NCBI GenBank assembly: GCA_963828255.1
Contig: CAWHDZ010000020.1
Span: 1 to 45,564, forward strand
From: an uncultured delta proteobacterium
Lineage (GTDB): Bacteria; Myxococcota; Myxococcia; Myxococcales; Anaeromyxobacteraceae
Direction of reading: 5' to 3'
DNA length: 45,564 nucleotides
This document shows positions 27,972 through 40,891 of this stretch, one piece after another (within the stretch, counting starts at the first letter, position 1; each line of letters begins with the position of its first letter). The position numbers and the translations under genes were made by a program. The notes under the pieces were generated by a model. That model made no database searches, was not told the DNA's origin, and was given only the letters and a program-made list of their open reading frames with translations.

Positions 27972-28553
27972 ATGAACGACACCGAACTTCTCGCGGCTCG
28001 CACCTTCCACGCCCGGCTCATCGATCTCCTCCGGGTCGAGTTCACCTCCCTGGGTGTCTTCCTCGAGGCGCTTGCGGAGTTTGACCGGCGAAAGCTCTTC
28101 CGCGACCTTGGCCACGCCAATCTCTTCATGTACCTCCACAAGGGGCTCGCGCTCTCCCGGGGAGCGGCCCACTACCGCTGCTCCGCAGCCTGGCTCGTCC
28201 AGCGGTTCCCCGAGGTGCTGGAACCGATCAGGGACGGGAGGTTGTGCTTCACGACCGTGGCGGTCCTGGCGTCGGTGGTGACGGCGGAGAACCTGGCCAC
28301 GGTCCTTCCTCGGTTCTACGGCCTTTCGAAGAAGGAAGCCCTGGAACTGGCGGCGGAGTTGAAGCCCCGGGCGGTGGTGCCGACGAGGACGGTGGTGACC
28401 CGGGACGTCGCGCCGTACGGCGCGTGCCCTCGCCAGCCGCGGGCCCCGTCGGCCGCACCGATAGCCCGGCGCCGGGCGCCGGCATCATTCGTCGCCACCA
28501 GTCACTTTGGGCCGCTTCGGGGGTATCCTCGGGCCTCAGGCGAGGGCCCATGA
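27972..28553 (+). pseudogene. N-terminal fragment of a DUF222-like/HNH endonuclease family protein (the type I recall as multicopy in Anaeromyxobacter); HNH domain absent
   Basis: FLEALAEFDRRKLFRDLGHANLFMYLH...LSRGAAHYR...LVQRFPEVLEPIRDGRLCFT...VLPRFYGLSKKEA. Family-like sequence ends at ~28403, and the rest runs into the pruA upstream region. Confidence 0.7.
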
Positions 28554-30179
28554 CCAACGCACGCTTCCACGTCCCACCCCCGAAGAACGAGCCGAATCTC
28601 CACTACGCCCCGGGATCGCCCGAGAGGGCGGCGCTCAAGGCCAGCCTGGCCCGCATGGCCGCCACCGAGGTGGAGATCCCGGTGGTGGTGGGCGGCAAGG
28701 AGATCCGCACCGGCAAGGTCGCCGAGGTGCGCATGCCCCACCGGCACGGCCACGTGCTGGCCCGCTTCCACCAGGCCGGCCCCGGGGAAGTGGCGCTCGC
28801 CGCCTCGGCGGCCCGCGAGGCCCGGCGCGAATGGGGCGCCATGGCATGGCACGACCGCGCCGCCGTCTTCCTCAAGGCCGCCGAGCTGCTCGCCGGACCC
28901 TGGCGGCAGGTGCTGAACGGCGCCACCGTGCTCGGCCAGTCCAAGACCGCATTCCAGGCGGAGATCGACAGCGCCTGCGAGGCCATCGACTTCTGGCGCT
29001 GGAACGTGGCCTTCGCCGACGAGATCTACGCGCAGCAGCCGGTCTCCTCCCCGGGGATCTGGAACCGCGTCGAGCACCGGCCCCTGGAGGGGTTCGTCTT
29101 CGCCGTGACCCCCTTCAACTTCACCGCCATCGCAGCCAACCTCCCCACCGCCCCGGCCATCATGGGGAACACCGTGCTCTGGAAGCCCGCCTCCACCGCG
29201 GTGCTCTCCGGATGGTACGTCCTGAAGCTCCTCGAGGAGGCCGGGCTGCCGCCGGGCGTGGTGAACTTCCTGCCCGGCGCCGGGCGCGCCGTGGGCGATC
29301 CGGTGCTGGCCCACCCCGACTTCGCCGGCATCCACTTCACCGGGTCCACCGCGGTCTTCCAGGGGATGTGGCGCACCATCGCCGGGAACCTCCCGACGTA
29401 CCGGACCTACCCGCGCATCGTGGGCGAGACCGGCGGAAAGGACTTCGTCTTCGCCCATCCCTCGGCGCAGGTGGACGCGCTCGTCACCGCGCTGGTCCGC
29501 GGCGCCTTCGAGTACCAGGGGCAGAAGTGCTCGGCCGCTTCGCGCGCCTACGTCCCCCGGAGCCTGTGGCCGCAGGTGAGGGACCGGCTCGTCGCCGAGG
29601 TCGAGGCCCTGAAGATGGGCGACCCGGCCGACTTCCGGAACTTCATGGGCGGTGATCGACCGGAACGCCTTCGAGAGCATCGACGGATACCTCGACGTGG
29701 CCCGAAACTCCCCCGAGGCCCGCATCCTCGCGGGCGGGAAGTGCGACGGGTCGGAGGGCTGGTTCATCCGCCCCACCGTCGTCGAGACCACGAACCCCCA
29801 CTTCCAGCTCATGGAGGAGGAGATCTTCGGGCCGGTGCTGACGGTCTTCGTCTACCCGGACGACAGGCTCGACGAGACGCTGGCCGCCTGCGACGCCACC
29901 TCGCCCTACGCCCTCACCGGCGCGGTCTTCGCCCAGGACCGGCGCGCCATCGTCCACATGGCGAAGGCGCTCACGAACGCGGCGGGCAACTTCTACGTGA
30001 ACGACAAGCCCACCGGAGCCGTGGTCGGGCAGCAGCCCTTCGGCGGCGCGCGCGCCAGCGGCACGAACGACAAGGCCGGCGCCCTGTCGAACCTCATGCG
30101 GTGGGTCTCGCAACGGTCCATCAAGGAAAATCTGGCACCACCCATCGCGGTGGGCTACCCGCACCAGGCGGAGCCCTGA
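28550..30179 (+). CDS. pruA: L-glutamate gamma-semialdehyde (P5C) dehydrogenase; frameshift at ~29650, probably a sequencing error
   Basis: TPFNFTAI, IHFTGST, GETGGKDF, FEYQGQKCSA. After a 2-base restoration (FMGAVID) the frame continues EEIFGPVL, YALTGAVF, NDKPTGAVVGQQPFGG. Confidence 0.93.
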
Positions 30180-30247
30180 TGGCCAAGCTCGCGTGCGGGT
30201 TCGCTCGTCCCGAGGACAAGTTCCCCGGGTGCGTCAACTCCGAATAG
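30179..30247 (+). CDS. Putative 22-aa peptide MAKLACGFARPEDKFPGCVNSE
   Basis: ATG overlaps the pruA stop (TGATG), GGAG upstream, stop 9 bp before the ATP-grasp ATG. Confidence 0.3.
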   Translation: MAKLACGFARPEDKFPGCVNSE

Positions 30248-30256
30248 AGTGGCTGG

Positions 30257-31513
30257 ATGTTCCGGAGAGTCCACGACTTCCTCCGTCAGTTCTCGAGCGA
30301 CCACACCCCAACCCGAATGCCCTGGTTTCGCTCGGGTCTTGGATCCACGCCGATCGATCAGGTTCACCGCCTCGGATTGAGGCTGGAGCGCTCCGACGCG
30401 AAGGGGTGGGCGGACCGTGCCGTCCTCCTCCTGCGTACGCTCCTGTTCCCCCTGGTCTCCGTCTATCGGTCGGTGCGATTCGCCGTATCGCACGGGGGTT
30501 ACGTTCAGCAGACCTTCGGAACAGGCCGCATCCGGCAGGTCGTCCAGATGGTCGCCTGCGCGAACCTCCACAACGTCGGCGCCGAGGCCTACTACGCGTA
30601 CCAGTTGTTCCGTGACGATCGGCGTCGCTGGGCGGGTCAGATTCTCCAGCCCTTCGAGGCCCTCAGGATAGGGCGCGAGACATTGCTCAAGCTACCCAGC
30701 AATGACATCGACCCCAAGGTGGCCTTCTACCGACGTTGCCGAGGGCTGGGCCTTCCCACCGCGCCCATCATCGCCACGTTCGCCAGTGGCGATCTCGACG
30801 AGTGGATGGAGGGCGACAGGGGTCGTGTGCCGCCCGTGGACGTCCTCCTCAAGCCGTGCGACGGCGCCAACGGAGATGGCGTGGAGATCTGGAAACGCGA
30901 GACCGAGATGGACGTCTGGCGTCGGGGCGATGTCCGGATGAGTGAAGCCGAGGTCCTCGAGCGTTGCCGCAGGCTTTCGAGGCAGACGCCGTACCTCCTG
31001 CAACCTCGCCTCGAGAATCACCCCGCCGTGGCGCGCCTGACATCGGGCGCCCTCTGCACCGTGCGCGTCGTGACTTGCTACCCTCTCGAAGGGAGTCCAG
31101 TCGAGATCCTGTCCGTCCTCCGGATGCCGGTGGGGAAGACGGACGCCGACAACTTCAACCTCAGCGGAATTGCCGCCCCCATCGACCGTGATACGGGCCG
31201 TCTCGGGCAGGCTCGCGCGCGGGACATCCGTCGAGGCACCTGGGACCGGCACCCCGACACGGGTGCTCCGATCACTGGGATCGAGATGCCCTGCCACGGG
31301 GAGATCGTCGGTCTCTGCCTCAGGGCCCACGCCCTCTTCCCCGAGTTCCGCTCCATCGGATGGGACGTTCCACTCACGCCTCAGGGACCCCTGTTGCTGG
31401 AGGCCAACGCCCTGTGGGGCGTGGAAATGATGCAGATGGTCCATGGACTGCCTCTGGGCCCGACTCCGGTACCGGCGTGCCTCCTCGAGGGCACCGGGGA
31501 TCTCGGCGGGTGA
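30257..31513 (+). CDS. Sugar-transfer-associated ATP-grasp (ATPgrasp_ST-like) protein
   Basis: LLKPCDGANGDGV, YLLQPRLENHP, LCTVRVVT, DNF, HPDTGAPITG, IGWDV, LLEAN. Confidence 0.85.
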   Translation: MFRRVHDFLRQFSSDHTPTRMPWFRSGLGSTPIDQVHRLGLRLERSDAKGWADRAVLLLRTLLFPLVSVYRSVRFAVSHGGYVQQTFGTGRIRQVVQMVACANLHNVGAEAYYAYQLFRDDRRRWAGQILQPFEALRIGRETLLKLPSNDIDPKVAFYRRCRGLGLPTAPIIATFASGDLDEWMEGDRGRVPPVDVLLKPCDGANGDGVEIWKRETEMDVWRRGDVRMSEAEVLERCRRLSRQTPYLLQPRLENHPAVARLTSGALCTVRVVTCYPLEGSPVEILSVLRMPVGKTDADNFNLSGIAAPIDRDTGRLGQARARDIRRGTWDRHPDTGAPITGIEMPCHGEIVGLCLRAHALFPEFRSIGWDVPLTPQGPLLLEANALWGVEMMQMVHGLPLGPTPVPACLLEGTGDLGG

Positions 31514-31545
31514 CTGGGCAGTGCTCGTCGCCCTGAGTCCCGCGC

Positions 31546-32892
31546 CTACGCCTCGGTCGGCACGCGGAAGCGCACCGTCGTCCCCAGGCCGGGCCTGCTC
31601 TCGACGTCGATGGTCCCTCCGTGGGCCTCGACGATCCGCTTTGCGAGCGCGAGCCCCAGCCCCACCCCGCCGGTGCCCCGGGCCCGGCTGCGGTCGGTCC
31701 GGAAGAAGGGGGTGAAGAGGCGCGGCAGGTCCTCCGGGTCAACCCCGATTCCCTGATCGGCGACGGCGACCACGAAGGCGACCCCGTCGCTCGAGGCCCG
31801 GAGCTCGATCGGGGCAGGCGCCTCCGAGTACTTGACCGCGTTGTCGAGGAGGTTGTCCATCACCCGCCGGAGCATGACCGGATCGGCCACCAGGCCGGGG
31901 AGCGTCCCCTCGACGTGGACGGAGAGCGTGCGCCCCGGGTGGCTGTGGTGGAACCGATCTGCGGCCCGCTCGACGAGGTCCTGGGCCCTGGTCTGCTCGA
32001 GCCGCAGCGGCACCTCGCCCCGGCCCCCACCGGCCTGGTCGAGCCGCGCCGCGGTGAGGATGTCGCCGAGGAGCTGGTCGAGCTCCGAGAGGTCGCAGCG
32101 GATCTCCTCCAGGTACTTCCGGGCCCGGTCCACGTCCCCCTCGGCGGCGAGGTCGAGCGCGACGCGGATCCGGGCGAGCGGGGTCCGCAGCTCGTGGGAG
32201 ACGTCGGCGAGGAGTTGCCGCTCCGCCCGCACCAGCCCTTGCAGGCGGCCGGCCATGTCGTCGAAGGCGGAGGAGAGCTCGCCCACCTCGTCGCCCCGGC
32301 GCATCCCGGAGCGGACCGAGAGGTCGCCCGAGCCGAGCTTGCGCGCGGCGTCGGTGAGCCGCTCCATGGGGCGCGAGAGCGCGCGGGCCAGCGGGAATGC
32401 GGCCAGCGCCAGGACGACGAGCCACGCGGAGATGAAGGCTGCCGCCCGCTCGACCGGGACCGACCGGGGCGCGGCGGCGACGAGGAGGTAGCTGGGATGG
32501 GGGCCGGCCACGCGCATGGCCCAGACCGGCCGGTCGTCCTCGGTGAAGGTCTGCATCCCCTCGTCCAGCCTGGCCCGCCGGACGTCGGGGAGCGGGGGCG
32601 GCTCGCCCACGCTGGCCAGCACCCGCCCGTCGTCGAGCCGGTAGGCCATGTCCACGCGGAAGGCGTCGGCCATCTGGCGGAGCTCGGCCTCGATGCGGGC
32701 CGGCTCGTCGGGGTGGTCGGCGATGTGGCTGGCGGCGAAGCGGGTGAGCCGGGCCGTGCCGCGCACCAGCGGGCTGCGCTCGGTGAGGGTTCCGATGATG
32801 AAGTTCGCGAGCGCCACCAGGGCCAGCAGCCCCAGCCCGGCCAGGTAGATCCGCCAGAAGAGGCGTGGCTGCCTGAATTGCGAGAGGTTCAT
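31546..32892 (-). CDS. HAMP-domain sensor histidine kinase (CpxA/RstB-like)
   Basis: Two TMs, HAMP (GDEVGELSSAFDDMA), VSHELRTPLARI, NLLDNAVKYS, GGVGLGLAL. Confidence 0.95.
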   Translation of the reverse strand: MNLSQFRQPRLFWRIYLAGLGLLALVALANFIIGTLTERSPLVRGTARLTRFAASHIADHPDEPARIEAELRQMADAFRVDMAYRLDDGRVLASVGEPPPLPDVRRARLDEGMQTFTEDDRPVWAMRVAGPHPSYLLVAAAPRSVPVERAAAFISAWLVVLALAAFPLARALSRPMERLTDAARKLGSGDLSVRSGMRRGDEVGELSSAFDDMAGRLQGLVRAERQLLADVSHELRTPLARIRVALDLAAEGDVDRARKYLEEIRCDLSELDQLLGDILTAARLDQAGGGRGEVPLRLEQTRAQDLVERAADRFHHSHPGRTLSVHVEGTLPGLVADPVMLRRVMDNLLDNAVKYSEAPAPIELRASSDGVAFVVAVADQGIGVDPEDLPRLFTPFFRTDRSRARGTGGVGLGLALAKRIVEAHGGTIDVESRPGLGTTVRFRVPTEA

Positions 32893-33593
32893 CCGGCCTC
32901 GGCGGCGAGCATGTAGCCCGACCCGCGGACCGTCTTCAGCATCCTGGGATTCTTGGGGTCGTCGCCGAGCTTCTGGCGAAGGCGGGAGACGTGGACGTCC
33001 ACCGACCGGTCGAATGCGTCGTCGGCGCTGCCGCCGGCAAGCTCGATGAGCTGCTCGCGGGAGAGCACCCGGCCGGCGCGGGAGGCCAGCGCGTAGAGCA
33101 GCGAGAACTCGTAGCCGGTGAGGACGATCTCCGCGCCCCTCACCAAGGCCCGCCTGGCGCCCGGGTCGAGGGACAGGTCGCCCACGTGGATGGATTTCAC
33201 CGAAGGTCCTACCTGGCCACGGGCGCGGCGGACCACCGCCCGGACCCGGGCCAGCAGCTCGCGGGGCGAGAAGGGCTTGGCCAGGTAGTCGTCGGCGCCG
33301 AGATCGAGCCCCATCACCCGGTCGGCCTCCTCGCCGCGGGCGGTCAGGATGACGATGGGCACGTCGGAGCGGGCGCGCAGCTCCCGGCAGACCTCGAGGC
33401 CGTTCCTGCCGGGGAGCATGAGGTCGAGGAGGACCACGTCGTACGGGCGGCGGAAGGCCTCCTCGAGGCCGGCCGCCCCGTCGCCGATGCAGGTCACCGT
33501 CACGCCGTGGCCGCCCAGGTACTCGGCGGTGAGCGTGGCGAGCCGGGCATCGTCCTCGACGAGGAGTGCGGTCAGGGCCGGGTCGGTGGGCAT
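32889..33593 (-). CDS. OmpR-family response regulator
   Basis: LVEDD, LDLMLPG, GADDYLAKPF, winged helix DRSVDVHVSRLRQKL, TVRGSGY. Confidence 0.97.
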   Translation of the reverse strand: MPTDPALTALLVEDDARLATLTAEYLGGHGVTVTCIGDGAAGLEEAFRRPYDVVLLDLMLPGRNGLEVCRELRARSDVPIVILTARGEEADRVMGLDLGADDYLAKPFSPRELLARVRAVVRRARGQVGPSVKSIHVGDLSLDPGARRALVRGAEIVLTGYEFSLLYALASRAGRVLSREQLIELAGGSADDAFDRSVDVHVSRLRQKLGDDPKNPRMLKTVRGSGYMLAAEAG

Positions 33594-33659
33594 CGGGGCG
33601 CATCATAGCCGCGCCCCCCTTGCCTCCACGAGGATCATGGGTGAAGAAGTGTGAATCAG

Positions 33660-35651
<1,992 letters not shown>

Positions 35652-35664
35652 TAGAGATCCGGCC

Positions 35665-37317
35665 ATGAGCTTCGCCACCCTCGACGTCCACCCCGCACTC
35701 CGGCGTTCCCTGGCCACGCGCGGCTACGACGAGCCCACCCCCGTGCAGCGGGAGGTGATGGCGACCGCCCTCGCCGGGCGGGACCTGCTGGTCTCGTCCC
35801 GCACCGGATCCGGCAAGACCGTGGCCTTCGGCCTCCTGCTGGCCGACACGCTGCTGGGGGACGACCCGGCCTTCGGCGAGGCGGGCCCGCCGCTGGCGCT
35901 GGTGATCGCGCCCACCCGGGAGCTGGCGGTGCAGGTGCAGCGCGAGCTCTCCTGGCTGCTGGGGGACGCGGGCGGGCGGGTGGTCTCCACCGTGGGGGGC
36001 ATGGACCCCCGCCGGGAGGCCCGGGCGCTCGCCGCCGGGACCCACGTGGTGGTGGGCACGCCGGGCCGGCTGCGCGACCACATCGAGCGCAGGAACCTCG
36101 ACCTCTCGGCGGTGCGGGCGCTCGTGCTCGACGAGGCCGACGAGATGCTCGACATGGGCTTCCGCGAGGAGCTGGAGGCCATCCTGGGCGCGGCGCCCGG
36201 CGACCGCCGGACCGTGCTCTTCTCCGCCACCCTCCCCCGCCCCATCCTGGAGCTCGCCAAGAAGTACACGCGGGAGGCGGCCCGGGTGGCCGCCACGCCG
36301 CCCGGCGAGGCCCACGCCGACATCGCGCTCCACGGCCACGTGGTGGCGCAGCGGGAGCGGGAGCACGCGCTCGTGAACGTCCTGCGCGCCCAGGATCCGG
36401 CGCGGGCGCTGGTCTTCTGCGCCACCCGCGAAGGGGCCCACCACATGGCCTCCAGCCTCTCCGAGCGGGGCTTCGAGGCGGTGGGCATCGCCGGCGATCT
36501 CACCCAGGGTGAACGGACGAGGGCGCTCAAGCTGCTGCGCGACGGGCGGGCGCGGGTGCTGGTGGCGACCGACGTGGCCGCCCGCGGCCTCGACCTGCCC
36601 GGCATCGAGCTGGTGGTCCACGCCGACATCCCCCGGGACCCCCAGGCGCTGCAGCACCGCAGCGGGCGCACCGGCCGCGCCGGGAAGAAGGGGCGCGCGG
36701 TGTTCCTGGCCACCCCGGCCGAGCGCTTCAAGATGGAGCGGATGCTCAAGATGGCCGGCGCCAAGGCCGAGTGGCTGCCGGTGCCCACCGCCGACGAGAT
36801 CCGGGCCAGGGACGAGGAGCGGCTCGCCGCCGACGTGGCCACGCTGGCCGGGGAGGCGTCGGAGGAGGAGCTCCAGGCTGCCCGGAGGCTCCTCGAATCC
36901 CGCGCGCCCCTGTCCGTCGCCGCCGCCCTGCTGCGGCGCGAGCGGGCCCGGTTGCCGGCCGCGGAGGAGTTGCCGGAGACGGCGCGCGTGGCCCGCCAGG
37001 TTCCCCGCGCCGCGGGGCCCGCCGTCGGGAGGCGCACGGCGCCCGTCGAGGGGGTCTGGTTCACCATCGGCATCGGCCGGGAGCGCCAGGCCGATCCCAA
37101 GTGGCTGCTTCCCCTGCTCTGCCGGCGCGGCGACGTCACCCGGGCCGAGATCGGCAAGATCCTCATCTTCCCGCGCGAGACCCGCTTCGAGATCGCGGCC
37201 CACGCCGCGGCGGCCTTCGAGGCCAAGGGACGGCGGCCCGACCCCAAGATGCCCGGCGTGCGCATCGAGCTGGCCCGGGAGGCGAAGGCGAAGCCGGTGA
37301 AGCGCCCCCACCCGTGA
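35665..37317 (+). CDS. DEAD-box RNA helicase with C-terminal DbpA-type RNA-binding domain
   Basis: Q-motif PTPVQ, TGSGKT, PTRELA, DEAD, SAT, ARGLD, HRSGRTGRAG; C-terminal WFTIGIGR...EIGKI. Confidence 0.95.
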   Translation: MSFATLDVHPALRRSLATRGYDEPTPVQREVMATALAGRDLLVSSRTGSGKTVAFGLLLADTLLGDDPAFGEAGPPLALVIAPTRELAVQVQRELSWLLGDAGGRVVSTVGGMDPRREARALAAGTHVVVGTPGRLRDHIERRNLDLSAVRALVLDEADEMLDMGFREELEAILGAAPGDRRTVLFSATLPRPILELAKKYTREAARVAATPPGEAHADIALHGHVVAQREREHALVNVLRAQDPARALVFCATREGAHHMASSLSERGFEAVGIAGDLTQGERTRALKLLRDGRARVLVATDVAARGLDLPGIELVVHADIPRDPQALQHRSGRTGRAGKKGRAVFLATPAERFKMERMLKMAGAKAEWLPVPTADEIRARDEERLAADVATLAGEASEEELQAARRLLESRAPLSVAAALLRRERARLPAAEELPETARVARQVPRAAGPAVGRRTAPVEGVWFTIGIGRERQADPKWLLPLLCRRGDVTRAEIGKILIFPRETRFEIAAHAAAAFEAKGRRPDPKMPGVRIELAREAKAKPVKRPHP

Positions 37318-38516
37318 ACCGCTGGCTCGTCGCCGCGGGCGGCGTCGCCCTGATGGCGTGCCTGGGCACGGTCTACGCCTGGAGCGTCTTCACCCAGCCC
37401 TTGCAGGCTGCGTTCGGATGGACCAGCGCGCAGGCCACGGCGCCGTTCTCCATCGCCATCTTCTTCCTGGGGGTGGGGGCGGTGCTGGGCGGGCGCTGGC
37501 AGGACCGGGTGGGCCCGCGGGTGGTGGCGGTCTCGGGTGCGCTCCTCTGGGGCGCGGGGAACCTGCTCGCCGGCGTCGGGACCGCGTCCCTCGGGGTCGG
37601 CTGGCTCTGCGCCACCTACGGCGTTCTCGGCGGGCTGGGGCTCGGGCTCGGCTACGTCACGCCGGTGGCTGCGGTGACCAAGTGGTTCCCGGAGCGGCGG
37701 GGCCTCGGAAGCGGGCTCGTGGTGGGCGGGTTCGGCCTCGGGGCGTTCGGGTACGCACACCTGCTCCGGTCGGTTCCGGCCTTTGCGGTGCTGCAGGCCT
37801 TCACCATCTCCGGCGTGGCCTTCGCGCTTCTCGGCGGTGCGGGCGCGCTTCTCTTGCGCAATCCCCCGGCGCCCTCGACGGCGACCGCCGCCACGGCGGG
37901 GGGCGTGGATTTCACGCCGGGTGTGATGGTCCGGACGCCGCAGTTCTGGGCGGCCTTCGGGATGCTCTTCCTCAACGTGACGGCGGGCATCCTCTTCATC
38001 TCCAACGCCGTGCCCATCATGCGGGAGCTGACCGGGGCCACGCCGGCCGTGGCGGCGGGGGTGTACGGCACCATCGCGCTGGCGAACGCGGTCGGGCGCT
38101 TCCTCTGGGGGGCGGTGTCCGACCGGGTCGGGCGGCGCGCGGCCTTCGCGGCCATCTACCTCGCGCAGGTGGCGGTGTTCGTCCTCGTGGGCCGGTTCCA
38201 CTCGATGTGGGTGGTGGCGCCCCTCTTCGCGCTCGTGCTGCTCTGCTACGGCGGCGGCTTCGGGGTGATGCCGTCGCTGGTCGCCGACTGGTTCGGGACC
38301 CGGCACCTGGGGGTGAACTACGGCTGGGTGCTGCTCGCCTGGAGCCTGGCGGGAGTCGTGGGGCCCGTGTTCGTGGCCGTCGTGAAGGACCGGACCGGCT
38401 CGTTCGCCGGGGCGCTGCCGGTGACTGCGGGGGTGCTCCTGGTGGCGGTGCTGTTGCCGCTGGTGGCGCGGGCGCCGCGGGTACGGGCGCCGGGGGTACC
38501 GCCGGGGCGGACCTGA
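37314..38516 (+). CDS. OFA (oxalate/formate antiporter) family MFS transporter
   Basis: GTVYAWSVF, KWFPERRGLGSG, SDRVGRR, CYGGGFG, FGTRHLGVNYG. Confidence 0.92.
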   Translation: MNRWLVAAGGVALMACLGTVYAWSVFTQPLQAAFGWTSAQATAPFSIAIFFLGVGAVLGGRWQDRVGPRVVAVSGALLWGAGNLLAGVGTASLGVGWLCATYGVLGGLGLGLGYVTPVAAVTKWFPERRGLGSGLVVGGFGLGAFGYAHLLRSVPAFAVLQAFTISGVAFALLGGAGALLLRNPPAPSTATAATAGGVDFTPGVMVRTPQFWAAFGMLFLNVTAGILFISNAVPIMRELTGATPAVAAGVYGTIALANAVGRFLWGAVSDRVGRRAAFAAIYLAQVAVFVLVGRFHSMWVVAPLFALVLLCYGGGFGVMPSLVADWFGTRHLGVNYGWVLLAWSLAGVVGPVFVAVVKDRTGSFAGALPVTAGVLLVAVLLPLVARAPRVRAPGVPPGRT

Positions 38517-38544
38517 TGGCGGGCGCACGCCGGCGGCGCTATCC

Positions 38545-39126
38545 ATGGGCATGGTCTCTCTCCTCCCTGCCCGCGCCGGAGCGCTGGCCCTCCTCGCCGC
38601 CACCGCCTGCGCCACCGCTCCCATGAAGACCGCCCCGAACGTCGACATCCCCCGCTTCATGGGCGACTGGTATGTCCTCGCCCACATCCCGGCCCCAGCC
38701 GAGAAGGATGCCTGGAACGGCGTCGAGACCTACCGCCTGGCCGACGGGACGAAGGACGTGATCGAGACCACCTTCTCGTTCCGTCCGGGCAGCTTCGAGG
38801 CGCCGCTCGAGATCATGCGCCCGACCGGCTACGTCAGCGCGGACGACCCGGCGGTCTGGGGCATGAAGTTCTACTGGTGGCAGGGGCCGTTCCGCTTCGA
38901 GTACCTGGTGCTCCACGTCGATCCGGAATACCGGGAGACTGTCATCGGCCGGAGCGCCCGCGACTACGTGTGGATCATGGCGCGGACGCCAACCCTCGGG
39001 GAAGCGGACTGGGCGCGGCTCGAGGGGATCGTGAAGGAGGCCGGGTACGACCCGGCGAAACTCCGGCGGGTTCCGCAGCGGTGGGGGCTGAAGCCGGACG
39101 TGTCGCCCACGGAACGGGGGCCGTAG
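38545..39126 (+). CDS. Bacterial lipocalin (Blc-like lipoprotein)
   Basis: Lipobox ATAC, VDIPRFMGDWYVLA, YVWIMARTP, GYDPAKLRRVPQ. Confidence 0.92.
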   Translation: MGMVSLLPARAGALALLAATACATAPMKTAPNVDIPRFMGDWYVLAHIPAPAEKDAWNGVETYRLADGTKDVIETTFSFRPGSFEAPLEIMRPTGYVSADDPAVWGMKFYWWQGPFRFEYLVLHVDPEYRETVIGRSARDYVWIMARTPTLGEADWARLEGIVKEAGYDPAKLRRVPQRWGLKPDVSPTERGP

Positions 39127-39143
39127 TCGCGCAGTAGACCTGG

Positions 39144-39344
39144 TCAGGCCCGGCTGCCGCCGCCCAGCACCCGCGCCGGCAGCATGACCACCGCCCGCAG
39201 GAACGCGAAGATCCCGTCGATTGCGATCCCGAGGAGCCTGAACGGGATCGAGACGAGCCAGACGATCGGCCAGATGACCAGTGCGAAGAGCGCGAGCGGC
39301 CAGCAGAGGGCGAGGAGCAGGAGGAAGAGGAGGAACCGGATCAT
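39144..39344 (-). CDS. Small hydrophobic membrane protein (66 aa)
   Basis: Strong RBS AAAGGAGG before ATG 39344; hydrophobic throughout (LCWPLAL...WLVSIPFRLLGI). Confidence 0.8.
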   Translation of the reverse strand: MIRFLLFLLLLALCWPLALFALVIWPIVWLVSIPFRLLGIAIDGIFAFLRAVVMLPARVLGGGSRA

Positions 39345-39398
39345 GGTTCCTCCTTTACGGGCGGGCGCCGGGGATATTTCGCCTGGCTTCCCGGACAC

Positions 39399-40889
<1,491 letters not shown>

Positions 40890-40891
40890 CG

